Shown: positions 1-12,004, numbered from the stretch's first letter. The stretch is 64,000 nt of DNA from Octopus bimaculoides (GCF_001194135.2 NC_068984.1:43290890-43354889); one strand, 5' to 3'. Numbers and translations are program-made. Notes: generated by a model from the letters alone, not told the origin.

Positions 1-61
1 ATCGAACACTGTCACAGAATATTGAGGTTTCTTCCAAATTTCAAAGGTGCATACGTACACA

Positions 62-69
62 CGCGCACG

Positions 70-164
<95 letters not shown>

Positions 165-188
165 GCGCACACACACTCACACGCACGC
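62..188. repeat. (CA)n microsatellite
   Basis: Long CA dinucleotide run; explains the HT/CV-repeat ORFs at 22-348. Confidence 0.98.
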
Positions 189-189
189 A

Positions 190-530
190 GTCGGGGAATT
201 TGCAGAGTTGTTAGAGCGTCGGACAGAATGTTTCGCGGTATTTGTCCCGACTCGCTGTGTTCTGAGTTCAAATTTCGAAGAGGTCAACTTTGCCTTTCCT
301 CCTTTCGGGTTCAATGAAAAAAAATGCCAATTCAGTACAATGAATTGATAGAACTGTCAGCCGGGGTACCTGGTGTTATTTATTCCATCTTCTTGCATCT
401 TAGTTCAAATCCCACCTCCTAATCTAGTAGACTTGCGGTGCCCCAGCATGGCCGCAGTCTAATGACTCAAGCAACCAGAAGAAGATAAAAGAAATATAAA
501 TAAATAAATAAATAAACAAATAAATAAAAG
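190..530 (+). mobile_element. Diverged SINE: family-B head/body followed by a CR1-type tail (possibly two adjacent remnants)
   Basis: 190-345 matches the family-B body (gttctgagttcaaatt...gaggtcaactttgcctttc); 435-480 gcggtgccccagcatggccgcagtctaatgact matches the family-A/CR1 tail and is followed by (TAAA)n. Confidence 0.6.
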
Positions 531-901
531 ACACTTATTCAGAGATTACTTTGGAGCTCTTTAATCGTCTCGTTATTTCATTGAGGAGACTGACCAGTTG
601 TTGATCTGTATTTCGATCAATATAAAAATGTTTAATATTCAGGACATTTTCTTTATCTGGGTCATGCACTGACATGAAATTGAAGTTTATTCTAGTTTCA
701 TTACCTTGAATATAGTAAAAATCTCTTCTTAGGATATAAATTTGCAATTGAATGAATTGCATTATCTACAGTTGGATATTGGGTGCTACCTTGGCGTGTG
801 ATCTACAATTTAAAGGGAAATTACTTAACGTTACTTTTTAGTTTACTTTTCAATTTCTAGACTTTTTTAAAATAAATTCTTTTGTACATACTTAGCATAC
901 T

Positions 902-1278
902 TACTCTTTTACTTGTTTCAGTCATTTGACTGTGGCCATGCTGGAGCACCGCCTTTTAGTCGAGCAAGGACTTATTCTTTGTAAGCCTAGTACTTATTCT
1001 ATCGGTCTCTTTTACCGAATCGCTAAGTTATGGGGACGTAAACACACCAGCATCGGTTGTCAAGCGATGTTAGAGGACAAACACAGACACACACACACAC
1101 ACACACACATATATAAATATACATACATATATACGACGGGCTTCTTTCAGTTTCCGTCTACCAAATCCACTCACAAGTCTTTGGTCGGCCCGAGGCTATA
1201 GTAGAAGACACTTGCCCAAGGTGCCACGCAGTGGGACTGAACCCGGAACCATGTGGTTTGTAAGCAAGCTACTTACCA
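902..1278 (-). mobile_element. tRNA-derived SINE family A (CORE-like), nested in the Merlin element
   Basis: Reverse strand reads B-box ggttcagtccc, then ccttgggcaagtgtcttc (CORE-like), internal (TG/TA)n and tail gctccagcatggcc...gactgaaacaagtaaaagag. Confidence 0.92.
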
Positions 1279-1318
1279 ATTTCAAACTTATTTTAGTTAT
1301 AGTAAAATCACGTTTCCT

Positions 1319-1594
1319 TTATGTCTTAGTAAATAATAATAAGAAACCAAGAGTAAACAATATGATAATTAAAATTAGCACGTAGGTCACACAAGTTTGA
1401 CAGCCGCAAGTTTTGCAACGTAAAGTTAGTAAAATTTCACCATTTTTCCCTTCTCTTCGAGCTTCCTTTATTTTCCCACCGCAACGATGACATAGTACAA
1501 CATTTTCTTCATCATTTAAAAGGCCATTTCTTCGTAAAAATGCAACTACCTTCGTCTCGTCACTGATCACATTGTAAACATCTTTAGCCAACAT
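1319..1594 (-). pseudogene. Truncated Merlin/ISXO2-like transposase N-terminus
   Basis: MLAKDVYNVISDETKVVAFLRRNGLL...CHRCGG...LRCKTCGCQT: 'FL..GLL' plus a CxxC...CxxxxC zinc ribbon; starts at an ATG just inside the TIR; no DDE core. Confidence 0.7.
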
Positions 1595-2435
1595 AATAAG
1601 GGATTTTAGAAATTGAGAAGTAAATTAAAAAGTAACCTAAAGTAATCGCCCTTTAAATTGTAGATCACATGCCAAAGTAGCACCGAATATTGTTACCTCA
1701 CAATAAATTTAGAGAAGGAAACTGAAAAAAATCACTCCGGTGTAACTTGTCATGCTACCGTAATACAAATGGGTGAAATTCGTGTGTACACTGCTCTTCC
1801 TAGTTGAGTACCTTTTCTCTTTCTTATCGATCGTATGTGTGGCTAATTTTCCTCTATATTTTCTATAAACATATTAATTCACTCTGCCGCCAAGTGCTAA
1901 AGAGCACATGCATGTGACGCAATATTAGTAATAAGCTATCGACTCTGTTGTAAGAGAAACAAGGAAAAAATGACTGTCTGCGTCGGTAAGCAGTAAGTAT
2001 AAAAAGTTTGTGGTGTGGAATAATCTATTTAATCATAAAGAAGGCTAACGTTTCGAATAGGTTCCTTCGTTGGAGAGGGATGAAATGTTCCCTGACAATA
2101 CCGCAATTTCGATTCCGAGGTACTTCCTTTACTTTTCGTACTGTGAGGCCTGACAGTAGCAAATATCCTCGCAAAAAATGGTTTTATCCGTTTGATTTGA
2201 CCTTGACCTTGCTAATGGAAACGAAAACTTTAGTGGTGATCCAAGAAAGATAACATGAATGAGATAACACTTTGAAACGTTACGACTCTCATCTATTTCT
2301 TCTTGTTGCAGATTATAGCCAATCCATGAACAAACTTGTGCGTCACATCACGGATCTTACTCCTGCTCGACCTGTCCAGTCACAGTGCCGTCTGCTTGTC
2401 CCATCCAGTCACATCAAGAATCTAACACCCAATTA

Positions 2436-2666
2436 AGGCGGCGAGCTGGCAGAAACGTTAGCACGCTGGACGAAATACTTAGCGGTATTTCGTCTGCCGT
2501 TACGTTCTGAGTTCAAATTCCGCCGAGGTCAACTTTGCCTTTCATCCTTTCGGGGTCGATAAATTAAGTACCAGTTACACACTGGGGTCGATGTAATCGA
2601 CTCAATCCCTTTGTCTGTCCTTGTTTGTCCCCTGTATGTTTAGCCCCTTGTGGGCAATAAAGAAAT
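2436..2666 (+). mobile_element. tRNA-derived SINE family B, full length with TSD
   Basis: Head ggcggcgagctggcagaaacgttagc, B-box gttcaaattcc, body gcctttcatcctttcggggtcgataaattaagtaccag; flanking direct repeat aagaatctaacaccca at 2416-2431 and 2667-2682. Confidence 0.93.
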
Positions 2667-3579
2667 AAGAATCTAACACCCATTTATCTCGTTGCTTCGT
2701 GGATGTCACTCCTGTTCGTCCCGTCCCGCTGCATCTNNNNNNNNNNNNNNNNNNNNNNNNNNNNNNNNNNNNNNNNNNNNNNNNNNNNNNNNNNNNNNNN
2801 NNNNNNNNNNNNNNNNNNNNNNNNNNNNNNNNNNNNNNNNNNNNNNNNNNNNNNNNNNNNNNNNNNNNNNNNNNNNNNNNNNNNNNNNNNNNNNNNNNNN
2901 NNNNNNNNNNNNNNNNNNNNNNNNNNNNNNNNNNNNNNNNNNNNNNNNNNNNNNNNNNNNNNNNNNNNNNNNNNNNNNNNNNNNNNNNNNNNNNNNNNNN
3001 NNNNNNNNNNNNNNNNNNNNNNNNNNNNNNNNNNNNNNNNNNNNNNNNNNNNNNNNNNNNNNNNNNNNNNNNNNNNNNNNNNNNNNNNNNNNNNNNNNNN
3101 NNNNNNNNNNNNNNNNNNNNNNNNNNNCACACACACACACACACTTGGCTCTGTAGCTGACATATTTTCTTACATTAAATCTTTTTTTGCAAAATGTTCC
3201 TATTTTATTTATAGTTTCCCACCTCTTACTCCTTTCTTTCCGATTACTTGAACGAAACATTAACTATTATTGATGTTATTATTATTGTACCTACTCATTC
3301 CCCTTTCCACACTATCGTTCGATACTTTATTATTTCGTTCTTTTCTTCTCCCTCGTTCCATTTCCCTGCCTTGTCGGTTCTTGTTCCAATCTCTCCATTC
3401 TCGTTCCCTATTTCCCACATTCTGTTTTCCCACACACTAGTTCAGTATTGTTCTATTTTGCCATACTATTTCTTTTTCTCTGTCGCCCTTATTCTACTCA
3501 CTTGTTCACTGCCCATTACCTTTCTATGGTGAGAACTACCTGCCTGTCTGTCAATCTGTTTATCTATATTTATGTTTGC

Positions 3580-3643
<64 letters not shown>

Positions 3644-3845
3644 TGCACACTCTATCTTTCAAATTCTCTCCCCCTGGTTCAATATTTGTTCTTTCACACT
3701 CTTTCATTTAGCATTTTCTCTCTCTTCTTCAATGTTTCATATCATACTTTATTCACCACTATCATTAATTAGCCCTTCAACCAAGAGTAAATAACATCAT
3801 TTTCAGAGTTATTCTCTTTTGTCAGATACAAGATTAATCGATATA

Positions 3846-3869
3846 ATAATGATAATAATAGTAATAATA

Positions 3870-3934
<65 letters not shown>

Positions 3935-4012
3935 NNNNNNNNNNNNNNNNNNNNNNNNNNNNNNNNNNNNNNNNNNNNNNNNNNNNNNNNNNNNNNNNNN
4001 NNNNNNNNNNNN

Positions 4013-4072
<60 letters not shown>
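3846..4072. repeat. (TAA)n and (TG)n microsatellites flanking an N gap
   Basis: Direct inspection; gap at 3935-4012. Confidence 0.95.
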
Positions 4073-4076
<4 letters not shown>

Positions 4077-4349
4077 CAACGTAAACCAAAACAAATATTG
4101 ATCTTATCAAGCAAAAACACACATAACTCGTGTGTAAATATTGATTACTGACTTAGGCACAAGGCCCAAAAATTATAAGGGAGTGACTTGAGACTTAGCT
4201 ATTTATGTGCTTTTATTAAGTCATTATCAGCGTAAATTCACTTCAACTGAGAAACGAATCTGGCGTGAGGATTTCGTTCCATTCAGTCTATTTCGTGTCT
4301 CCAAGTTGCTTCGGCATCCAATTATTTTTTTTTTCAGATGAAATTATTA

Positions 4350-4505
4350 TTGTTTATCCATATCAGCCCTGACCCAACAGAACTTTAATCAAAGGAAGGC
4401 ATATATGAAGTGGTCATCTACTTTTTATCATAATTTTTTTCTAACAGTGTATCTAGGACTACTTTATCCATTATATTCGTCCATTTGTAATAAGGGTGTG
4501 ATTCC
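4350..4505 (-). mobile_element. Diverged interspersed repeat 'family D' (SINE-like 3' part)
   Basis: tcagccctgacc...gtgtatctaggactac is shared with 17330-17440 (-), and its reverse complement with 10070-10250 and 12040-12215 (+). Confidence 0.5.
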
Positions 4506-4869
4506 AGTGAATTTTCTGGCAGATCGAATAACCACATACAGGCTCATTTGTTGTTACAAGAAATTATGTTTTTTTTCAATCAGTTTGTATAGGGCAATTT
4601 TCGAAATCATTTAAAAGCTGAAAGACTGGGATTGCCGAGTGGTATTGGGGTATTTGTTTAGCGTGATTTGTTTCAGGTTTATTGAATGACAGAACAGCAT
4701 AAGCAGGGAAGCAAAGAAGCAGCCGTAGGCGAAGTATATGAGCGACTTATATACATCATCTCTATGATATTGGCCAAATATATGAGACGCGCACATTTAC
4801 ACTTTATAGAAATGCATTCAATCATCCATATATACTCCTCAAAGGTAAAGTTCCTGCGTAGACCCTTTC

Positions 4870-5220
4870 CCTACATTTTAAGCCTTATGATGCAATGGCA
4901 TAGGGTTCAAAAACCCACAGCTCTTCAAAGGTCCACAGCCCTGCCTCAAAAATTAAGAAATCTGAATAAGGTGGAAGTAGGTGTCTTCAAAAAGGAACTA
5001 GACACCCCCCTATCTACAATACCGGATGAACCAACAGCCCGACATGAGGTGCAAACGAAGGCAGCGGAATCAAACTCCCTTATGCACCAAATGGACCAAC
5101 AGCTGGGACAAAAGCACATACAAGAGTAGTGTTGGGAAACACCCCAGATTGAGGAAATCAGCAAGACCATGGTGGTGCTCCAGCATGACCGCAACCGCAA
5201 TGCTGAAATGAGTAAAAGAG
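4870..5220 (+). mobile_element. 3' end of a CR1-type LINE (ORF2 C-terminus + 3' tail)
   Basis: Encodes CNGIGFKNPQLF (frameshifted) then ...LRNLNKVEVGVFKKELDTPLSTIPDEP...AAESNSL, resembling the CR1/L2 ORF2 C-terminus; 3' tail ggtggtgctccagcatgacc...gctgaaatgagtaaaagag followed by (TATG)n. Confidence 0.7.
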
Positions 5221-5284
5221 TATGTATGTATGTATGTATGTATGTATATGTTTGTGTGCACATATGTGTTTATACACTTTAGTG

Positions 5285-5360
5285 TTTGCATCTCACCGCT
5301 TAACAACCGGTGTTAGTTTGTTTACATCTTCCTCACTTGACTGTCTGGCAAAAAGACTAA
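5285..5360 (+). mobile_element. SINE family A fragment
   Basis: accgcttaacaaccggtgttagtttgtttacatc...ggcaaaaagac matches the family-A post-microsatellite segment. Confidence 0.6.
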
Positions 5361-5466
5361 TTGAATGAGCCAAACTTAGAAAGTAATTGATTCGATGACT
5401 GAAACCAGTAAAAGAGAGAGTCTGTGTTTGTGTGTATATATGTGTATCTGTACACACACACGCACA

Positions 5467-5518
<52 letters not shown>

Positions 5519-6949
5519 CACACACATACACACGCGCGCGCACAATACTTATCCAAACAGTGAACGAATACGACCATCGTAGACATATAGAAAATATTGT
5601 CACCAATGCCCAAGCAAAATTTAAGTCGAGAACAGATTGTACAACACTGCAACGACTCTCATTACCAACGCCAAAGAAGTGAAAGACAAGGTAAAGCATG
5701 TTATCTGTTTCAGCCATGTTTAAAAGTTTTTTATTGCAGTAACTTTCTCCAAGTGACTTGCAATAACCTATTTCAAGGACTTCCTTACTCGCAGTTGTCT
5801 TATAGTGCTTTAGACATTCGCACAAAATGTCTAAATTTTCGAGCTATAGCTAGATATCAACGCTGGACTCATTTGCCCATTTGTCAGATATTGTTTTTAC
5901 CCCGTTATCCTGCTGGGTTTAATATATCACTGCAACTGATTAGATTTTTATAAACTCAGTTTGTTTGCAGGAGTGATTCAATATTTACAATATTTATATT
6001 CATTCTGGTATATTTATGCCTCAAACTTTTTGTTTGACCGTTTTCATATCCATGATAAAAACTGTTTTTGCTTTCCTTTCTGATTGCGGTTCACTGCTCA
6101 AGTGATTTCAAAATCATCCGTTTCCCTCAATAGAGGAGTGAGTAAAGCTTGTTACTTATATTTATATTTTACTACATTGTAGCATCACATGTATAAATAA
6201 GAACTCATATTCTTTTGATGATTCAGAGAAATACTTTTATGGATGGTTTATTCAAAATCAGAAGTTTGAGGAGAATTAACTTCTTATTGATGTTATGGCT
6301 TATAACAACTCATATTGACTATTGTCTTAAGATTGAAGCATCAGAGAAAACGCCAAGATTAAACGACATATTTGAGACGCTACAGTAGTTGCCTAATCAC
6401 AGAGCAGAAACTTTTAAATCGATATTGATTTCATACTAGATAGTTCATTGGTGAAAAGTAAGTGTAAATTTCGCATAAGGAGCCAAGCATAAACTACGCC
6501 AGTAACAATATGATCAGAATAGTTAATATAAATGTCTTCGGGATGGGTGGTTAACTAATCTAAGATTAGCAGTCTTAACCGTTCTTATTTATTGGTTAGA
6601 ATGTATATTGAAAGCATTTAGTGACTAGAATGTATTTATAATCTTCAAAGAATTATTACCAAGAATAAGAAGCGTTGTCATTGAAAGGCATTTTGCATTT
6701 TGATTCAATATAATGTAACAGCTAAATAGCATTAAAAATCTCCCTTAAAAATGTCACATCTTTGAATGATATAAGCTCAAAAGCTGCGAGCTCAAAGATT
6801 CAGGAGCCCTGGTAGCAAGAGCAGCAGAAACAACAGAAGAAACTACGTCTCTGAGCCAGTAGCTATAGTGTGCTGGTAAGTGAATTTTTGCTAATCACTA
6901 AGATGGACATCTTACTGATTGGCAAAATACTGTGTGTATTGTATGTACT

Positions 6950-7088
<139 letters not shown>

Positions 7089-7299
7089 GGGAAAAGTGGG
7101 AGAATTCGTCTGGCACTTAGCGCGAACAGAAATAAGCTATTTTACAAATGTCACTTATGTTGCTCAATATAGTGTCCTACTTCAGTTCTGTTCTTGTGAT
7201 GTTGACATTAAATGACTGACCAATTATTCTGTAGAGATATATTAATGCAGTTGAAATCGTAGAAACAAATTATTATGTCTAATATGAAGAAATCGAATA

Positions 7300-7513
7300 A
7301 GGCTGCCAGCTGGCAGAACCGTTAGCACACTGGGCAAAGTGCTTAGCAGCATTTCGTTTGTCTTTACGTCCTGAGTTAAAACTTCACCGAGGTCGACTTT
7401 GCCTTTCATCCTTTCGAGCTCGATAAGATAAGTACCAGTTGGACACTGGGGTCGATGTAATCAACTTACCCCGCTTCCCCGAAATTACTGACCTTCTGCC
7501 AAAATTTGAAACC
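7300..7513 (+). mobile_element. SINE family B with 19-bp TSD
   Basis: Family-B head/body with the ccaaaatttgaaacc tail variant; perfect TSD aatatgaagaaatcgaata at 7281-7299 and 7514-7532. Confidence 0.93.
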
Positions 7514-7647
7514 AATATGAAGAAATCGAATAGCAGGTAAATAGGAGGGTAATTGGTAGTCGGAATACTAGCAAGCAATTGATACATCTTTCGTCAGTAA
7601 ACCACTATTCCTTCTCTTTCTCAAGTTTACTTTAAGGTCTAATATCA

Positions 7648-8060
7648 TTTATCTTTGACTTGTTTCGGTTATTAGTCTGCGGCCATGCTGGGGCACTGCC
7701 TTGAAAACCTTTTAGTCGAATGAACCGACTCCAGTACTTATTTTTTCTTTTTTTTTTTTGCTAAACCTGGTGCTTATCCTATCGGTCTCTATTGCTGAAC
7801 CGCTATTTACGAGGACATAAACACACCAACACTGGTTATCAAGTAGCGTTACTGGCTGACAAACACAGGTATAAATACACATACACATACAAATATACGA
7901 CGGGCTTCTTTCAGTTTCCGTCTACCAAATCTCCTCACTACGTTTTAGTCGCTCCGAGGCTATCGTAGAAGATACTTGCCCAAGGTGCTACGCAGTGGGA
8001 CTGAACCCAGAACCATGTGACTGGGAAGCAAGCTTCTTACTACACAGCTACGCCTGTGCC
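7648..8060 (-). mobile_element. SINE family A, full length
   Basis: Same tail, body, CORE-like segment and tRNA head as 902-1278 and 15458-15875. Confidence 0.92.
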
Positions 8061-8537
8061 TATATTAATATCATGATAGCTAATTCACAACTTTTGTTTG
8101 TGATCTTTTGATCTTAAACCAGCATATCTGCTGTAAATGATCTACTACTTTAAGATCAAAATCTGTTGATCGCTGTGTCTTCCTGAACTGTAAGAAGGTG
8201 CTCACTCACGTCCAACAATCTGAATTTCGTGCTGTATGTTGGTACGGACAGAAAGTACGTATTTTTAGCAGCGTAATTTCGACTACCGACATTTTAGCCC
8301 ACTCTTCTTAACAATTGTTTTGATCAATCAGTGACTAATAGTCGGAGGAGTTACAATATTAAAATACACGAAAATGAATTTTCTCTTTCTTTCTCACATG
8401 GCAGTAATCTCTTGCCACAGGTTTCTCTCTTTATTTTTCTCTCGGCTTCTGACTGTTTATTCTGGCAGCAATCTTACATTAAATGTTACTTTGTTCGTAT
8501 TTCATTCTCTCTTGCTAGTAGTTAACTTCTCCCTCAG

Positions 8538-8860
8538 TATCATTATCATCGTTTAACGTCCGTTTTCTATGTTGGCATAGATTGGACGACTTGACATAAG
8601 CTGACAAACCAGGGGGAAATGTCAAGCTCTATTGTCTGATTTGGCATGGTTTCTGGATGTCCTCCTTAGCGCCAACCGCTCTACAGAGTGTACTAGGCGG
8701 CGTCACCAAGTCGCTTTCAAGACAAAGACCCCTCAACTTCAGGTGGGGAGAATAGTATTGAAGGAGATGAATTTGTACCAGTTGAGGAAATGATTAGCAG
8801 ATATAAAAGAGGGATAGCGGTAGGTGTCCTGCTGTAGAGGAGATACACGGATACCCCCGT
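8538..8860 (-). mobile_element. RTE-type LINE/SINE 3' remnant
   Basis: Reverse strand ends ...aaacggacgttaaacgatgataatgata (short tandem tail); internal ggatgtcctccttagcgccaacc resembles the GGATGCCCTTCC motif of RTE-related 3' ends. Confidence 0.5.
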
Positions 8861-8952
8861 CGGGAAATAAGAGGGAGAAATATAGCCTCTAGTTAGAGGA
8901 GATACATGGACACTCCAGTCGAAAAATAAGAGGGAGAAATATAGGCTCTAGA
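8835..8952 (+). repeat. Degenerate 59-bp tandem dimer
   Basis: tagaggagataca...aataagagggagaaatatag(c/g)ctctag starts at 8835 and 8894. Confidence 0.8.
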
Positions 8953-9489
8953 CTGTGAGAGATATTTAGAGAAAAAGATAGCCTCTACAAAATCCATGCC
9001 AGTAAATATGTCTACGTGCAACTGACTCTATTTCGTACAGCGACTATTTATTTGTTTGCATATATTTAACGTTATAACACAAACTCTACCACTGACACGA
9101 AAACCGGAAAATATCTAAGTAAATTTTCCATAACATTTGAACATAAATTATCTTATTGATTATTGGTGTACATTTTTTTTTTTTTTTACAAATACATTAC
9201 TGGAAACATTCAAATTGATAACTATACTTTTCCAGATTAAATTCTGTATTTAGCTTGAATTCTCAAACCGCTTGCAGTGGAATTACTGTTGCGTTATGAT
9301 ACCAGCAAGCTCCGTCACAGCCTATTTTCTTTATTAGCAAAAACAAAAATAAAGGAAAATTATAGTCAGCCAAGCTTCCGTTAAAACCAACTCTTTAAAA
9401 TTTCCATAGATAAGAACTATAAGTATTTGAACATGTCTTATCCCTTTAAATTACTCGGTAGGAAGTGCACGATAACACCTCATCCTTAC

Positions 9490-9890
9490 TCTCTTTACTC
9501 TTTTACTTGCTTCAATCATTTGACTGCGGCCATGCTGGGGCACCGCCTTTAGTCGAGCAAATCGACNNNNNNNNNNNNNNNNNNNNNNNNNNNNNNNNNN
9601 NNNNNNNNNNNNNNNNNNNNNNNNNNNNNNNNNNNNNNNNNNNNNNNNNNNNNNNNNNNNNNNNNNNNNNNNNNNNNNNNNNNNNNNNNNNNNNNNNNNN
9701 NNNNNNNNNNNNNTATATACATATATACGACGGTCTTCTTTCAGTTTCCGTCTACCAAATCCACTCACAAGGCTTTGGTCGGCCTGAGGCTATAGTAGAA
9801 GACACTTGCCCGAAGTGCCACGCAGTGAGACTGAACCCGGAACCATGTGGTTGGTAAGCAAGCTACTTATCACACAGTCACTCCTGCGCC
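9490..9890 (-). mobile_element. SINE family A (internal microsatellite lost in N gap)
   Basis: Tail at 9490-9566, gap 9567-9713, head ending cctgcgcc at 9890. Confidence 0.9.
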
Positions 9891-10069
9891 CTGTTAATAT
9901 TCTTTGCATATAAGGCGGTGAGCTGGCAGAAACGTAATATACATATGATATAACTTTAAAATTACCACTACGGGTATCACTAATTTCATTACAACTTATA
10001 TAACATATGCAATGATATCACTAAGAGTATCCCTACCGTCATCAATATAACAAGTCAACGAGGACAACT

Positions 10070-10250
10070 GAACTCGATCTGCTTAAAATAGCAGCCAAAT
10101 CGGCCTCAAACGACACCCTATGTTTTTTTGTTTTTTTTTGAAAGAGGACATATTGGGTTATGTGATCTTAGATACACTCTCTGAAACAAAGTTGGAATGG
10201 TCATGGGTTGTATGCCTTTCATTATAGGTCTACTTGATCAAGGCTAAACG
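10070..10250 (+). mobile_element. Family D repeat copy
   Basis: aaatagcagccaaatc...ccta...tagatacact...ggtc...ataggtctacttgatcaaggctaaac; homologous to 12040-12215. Confidence 0.5.
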
Positions 10251-11538
10251 ACAAAGTAAGTGACATTCTGCCCATTACCATTAGCAAAACAACCACCACC
10301 ACCACCACCGGTGCAGCTGAACTCTGCTTGCGTGAATATGAAATGAATGAATCTGTATGTAGATTTCTTGAAAGTATGTACATTTGGAAAGAATTTGAAT
10401 TTTATGTAAATTGATACTCACCCACTCTCTCTCTCTCCCTCCTTCTCCCTCCTCTCTCTCCCTCCTCTCTCTCCTTCCTTCTCCCTCCTCTCTCTCCCTC
10501 TCTGTATCTCTCTCTCTCTCTTTGCGCATTTGCTTGTCTGCTTGTATGTGTGTCTGGATATCTATCTGTAGCGAGGGCACAACGAATTCTTCGTGATAAT
10601 TGATAGTTCCAGCAAATTTCCAAAAGAATTCGTTCGTAATTGAAAATTCTTACCCAGATTTCAGGAAGTACTATAGCTTACACGGAAGCGACTAGAATTA
10701 ATATTATAAATAGTGATCGCAGTTGAGGAAGAGTTAAACTCTTGGTAAACTGAAACCTAGATACGGATTCAGTTCTCAGTAAAAACCCATTCATTTCATA
10801 TATACGCACAAATGATCGAGGAAAGGTATGAAAGTCACAAAGAAAAAAGCGTTTGATATTGTCTTTCAGAGCGTTGACCATACCACTATTTTCTTCTCAG
10901 TCAGATTCTACTTTTAGAATATTCTCACCAAGATCTTATTCCAGATCTCGCGTTCATTCCATCTTTCTCTCCTCGTTTCATATTTTTATCCTATCTCACT
11001 TTTTTTTCTCTCTGGTCCTACTCCATCACTCCAATATCTCTCTCTGCACTTCATCGTCATTCACTGTCTGCAGCTAAGCTAACAATATTTTTATCTTTCT
11101 CTACTCTCTGTCGAAGGATTAAAGCCCGAAATAGAATTTTCACTCCTCACAGCAATCAAACCTATCAACATTCTATGAACTCTCCTAATATTATATATGG
11201 CGAATACCGAAAATCAAGATTAAACTTCTCGAGAATCTCAATTCTCAGTTTAAGAGATATAACTTCATTTATATCATTTATACATTTGGAAAAGGTATGG
11301 ACATCCTAATCTAGTACTTGATGATTGCTATAGTATAATGCAAATTAAAATCAACGATCTGTTTGGAATAATGGAACAAGTTACAGTTGAGATGAATGAA
11401 AAAGTTAATTTTGATAGAAGGCATTAAAAACGAATTACATACATGCTAATTCTCTTAGGAAATATATGATTGTCACATCTTTTATTTTTGTCTTTCGTCT
11501 AAAATATAAAGCCCTAACAATGTGTGCTAAAAAAAGGT

Positions 11539-12004
11539 GGGGTTACTTTAGCGTGTGATCTCCAAGGTTACCTTTTAAATTATTTTGTACATACTTAGCA
11601 TTGTAAATGTAGTTCTTCAAAGTTCTTACTATTTTGATTATAAGAAAACCATATAATTAAAATAAGCGCGCAGATCATCCACCAAAGTAAATTTGCTGGC
11701 GTAGATCCCATGGAAAGTAACACGAACACAAAGTAATCTCCCTTTAAATTGTAGATCACACGCCAAATTGGCACCTTTCTTTTTCTTAAGAAATGATGTG
11801 AATTTAGTGCTGGTTTCTTGTAAAAATGCAACTGCCTTCTGATTTCTTGTAAAAATGCAACTCCCTTCGTCTCGTCGTTGACCACACTGTAAAAATCTTT
11901 AGCCAACACCTTACGGGTTTTTAGAAATTGAAACGTAGACTTTAGTAAGTAACCTAAGTAACCTAAAGTAATCTCCCTTGTAGATCACACGTCAAAGTAA
12001 CACC
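11539..12004 (-). mobile_element. Second, rearranged Merlin-like element with an extra internal TIR
   Basis: Left TIR ggggttactttagcgtgtgatct; right TIR agatcacacgtcaaagtaacacc; additional TIR ending at 11776; ORF start MLAKDFYSVVNDETKGVAFLQ is homologous to 1319-1594. Confidence 0.72.

Larger units (their letters stand above)
782..1684 (-). mobile_element. Non-autonomous Merlin (IS1016/ISXO2-like) DNA transposon
   Basis: ~78-bp TIRs (782-859 / 1607-1684, ggtgctac(c/t)ttggc(g/a)tgtgatctacaatttaaaggg); 8-bp TSD ggatattg/gaatattg; GG termini; internal ORF with a zinc-ribbon N-terminus. Confidence 0.8.
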
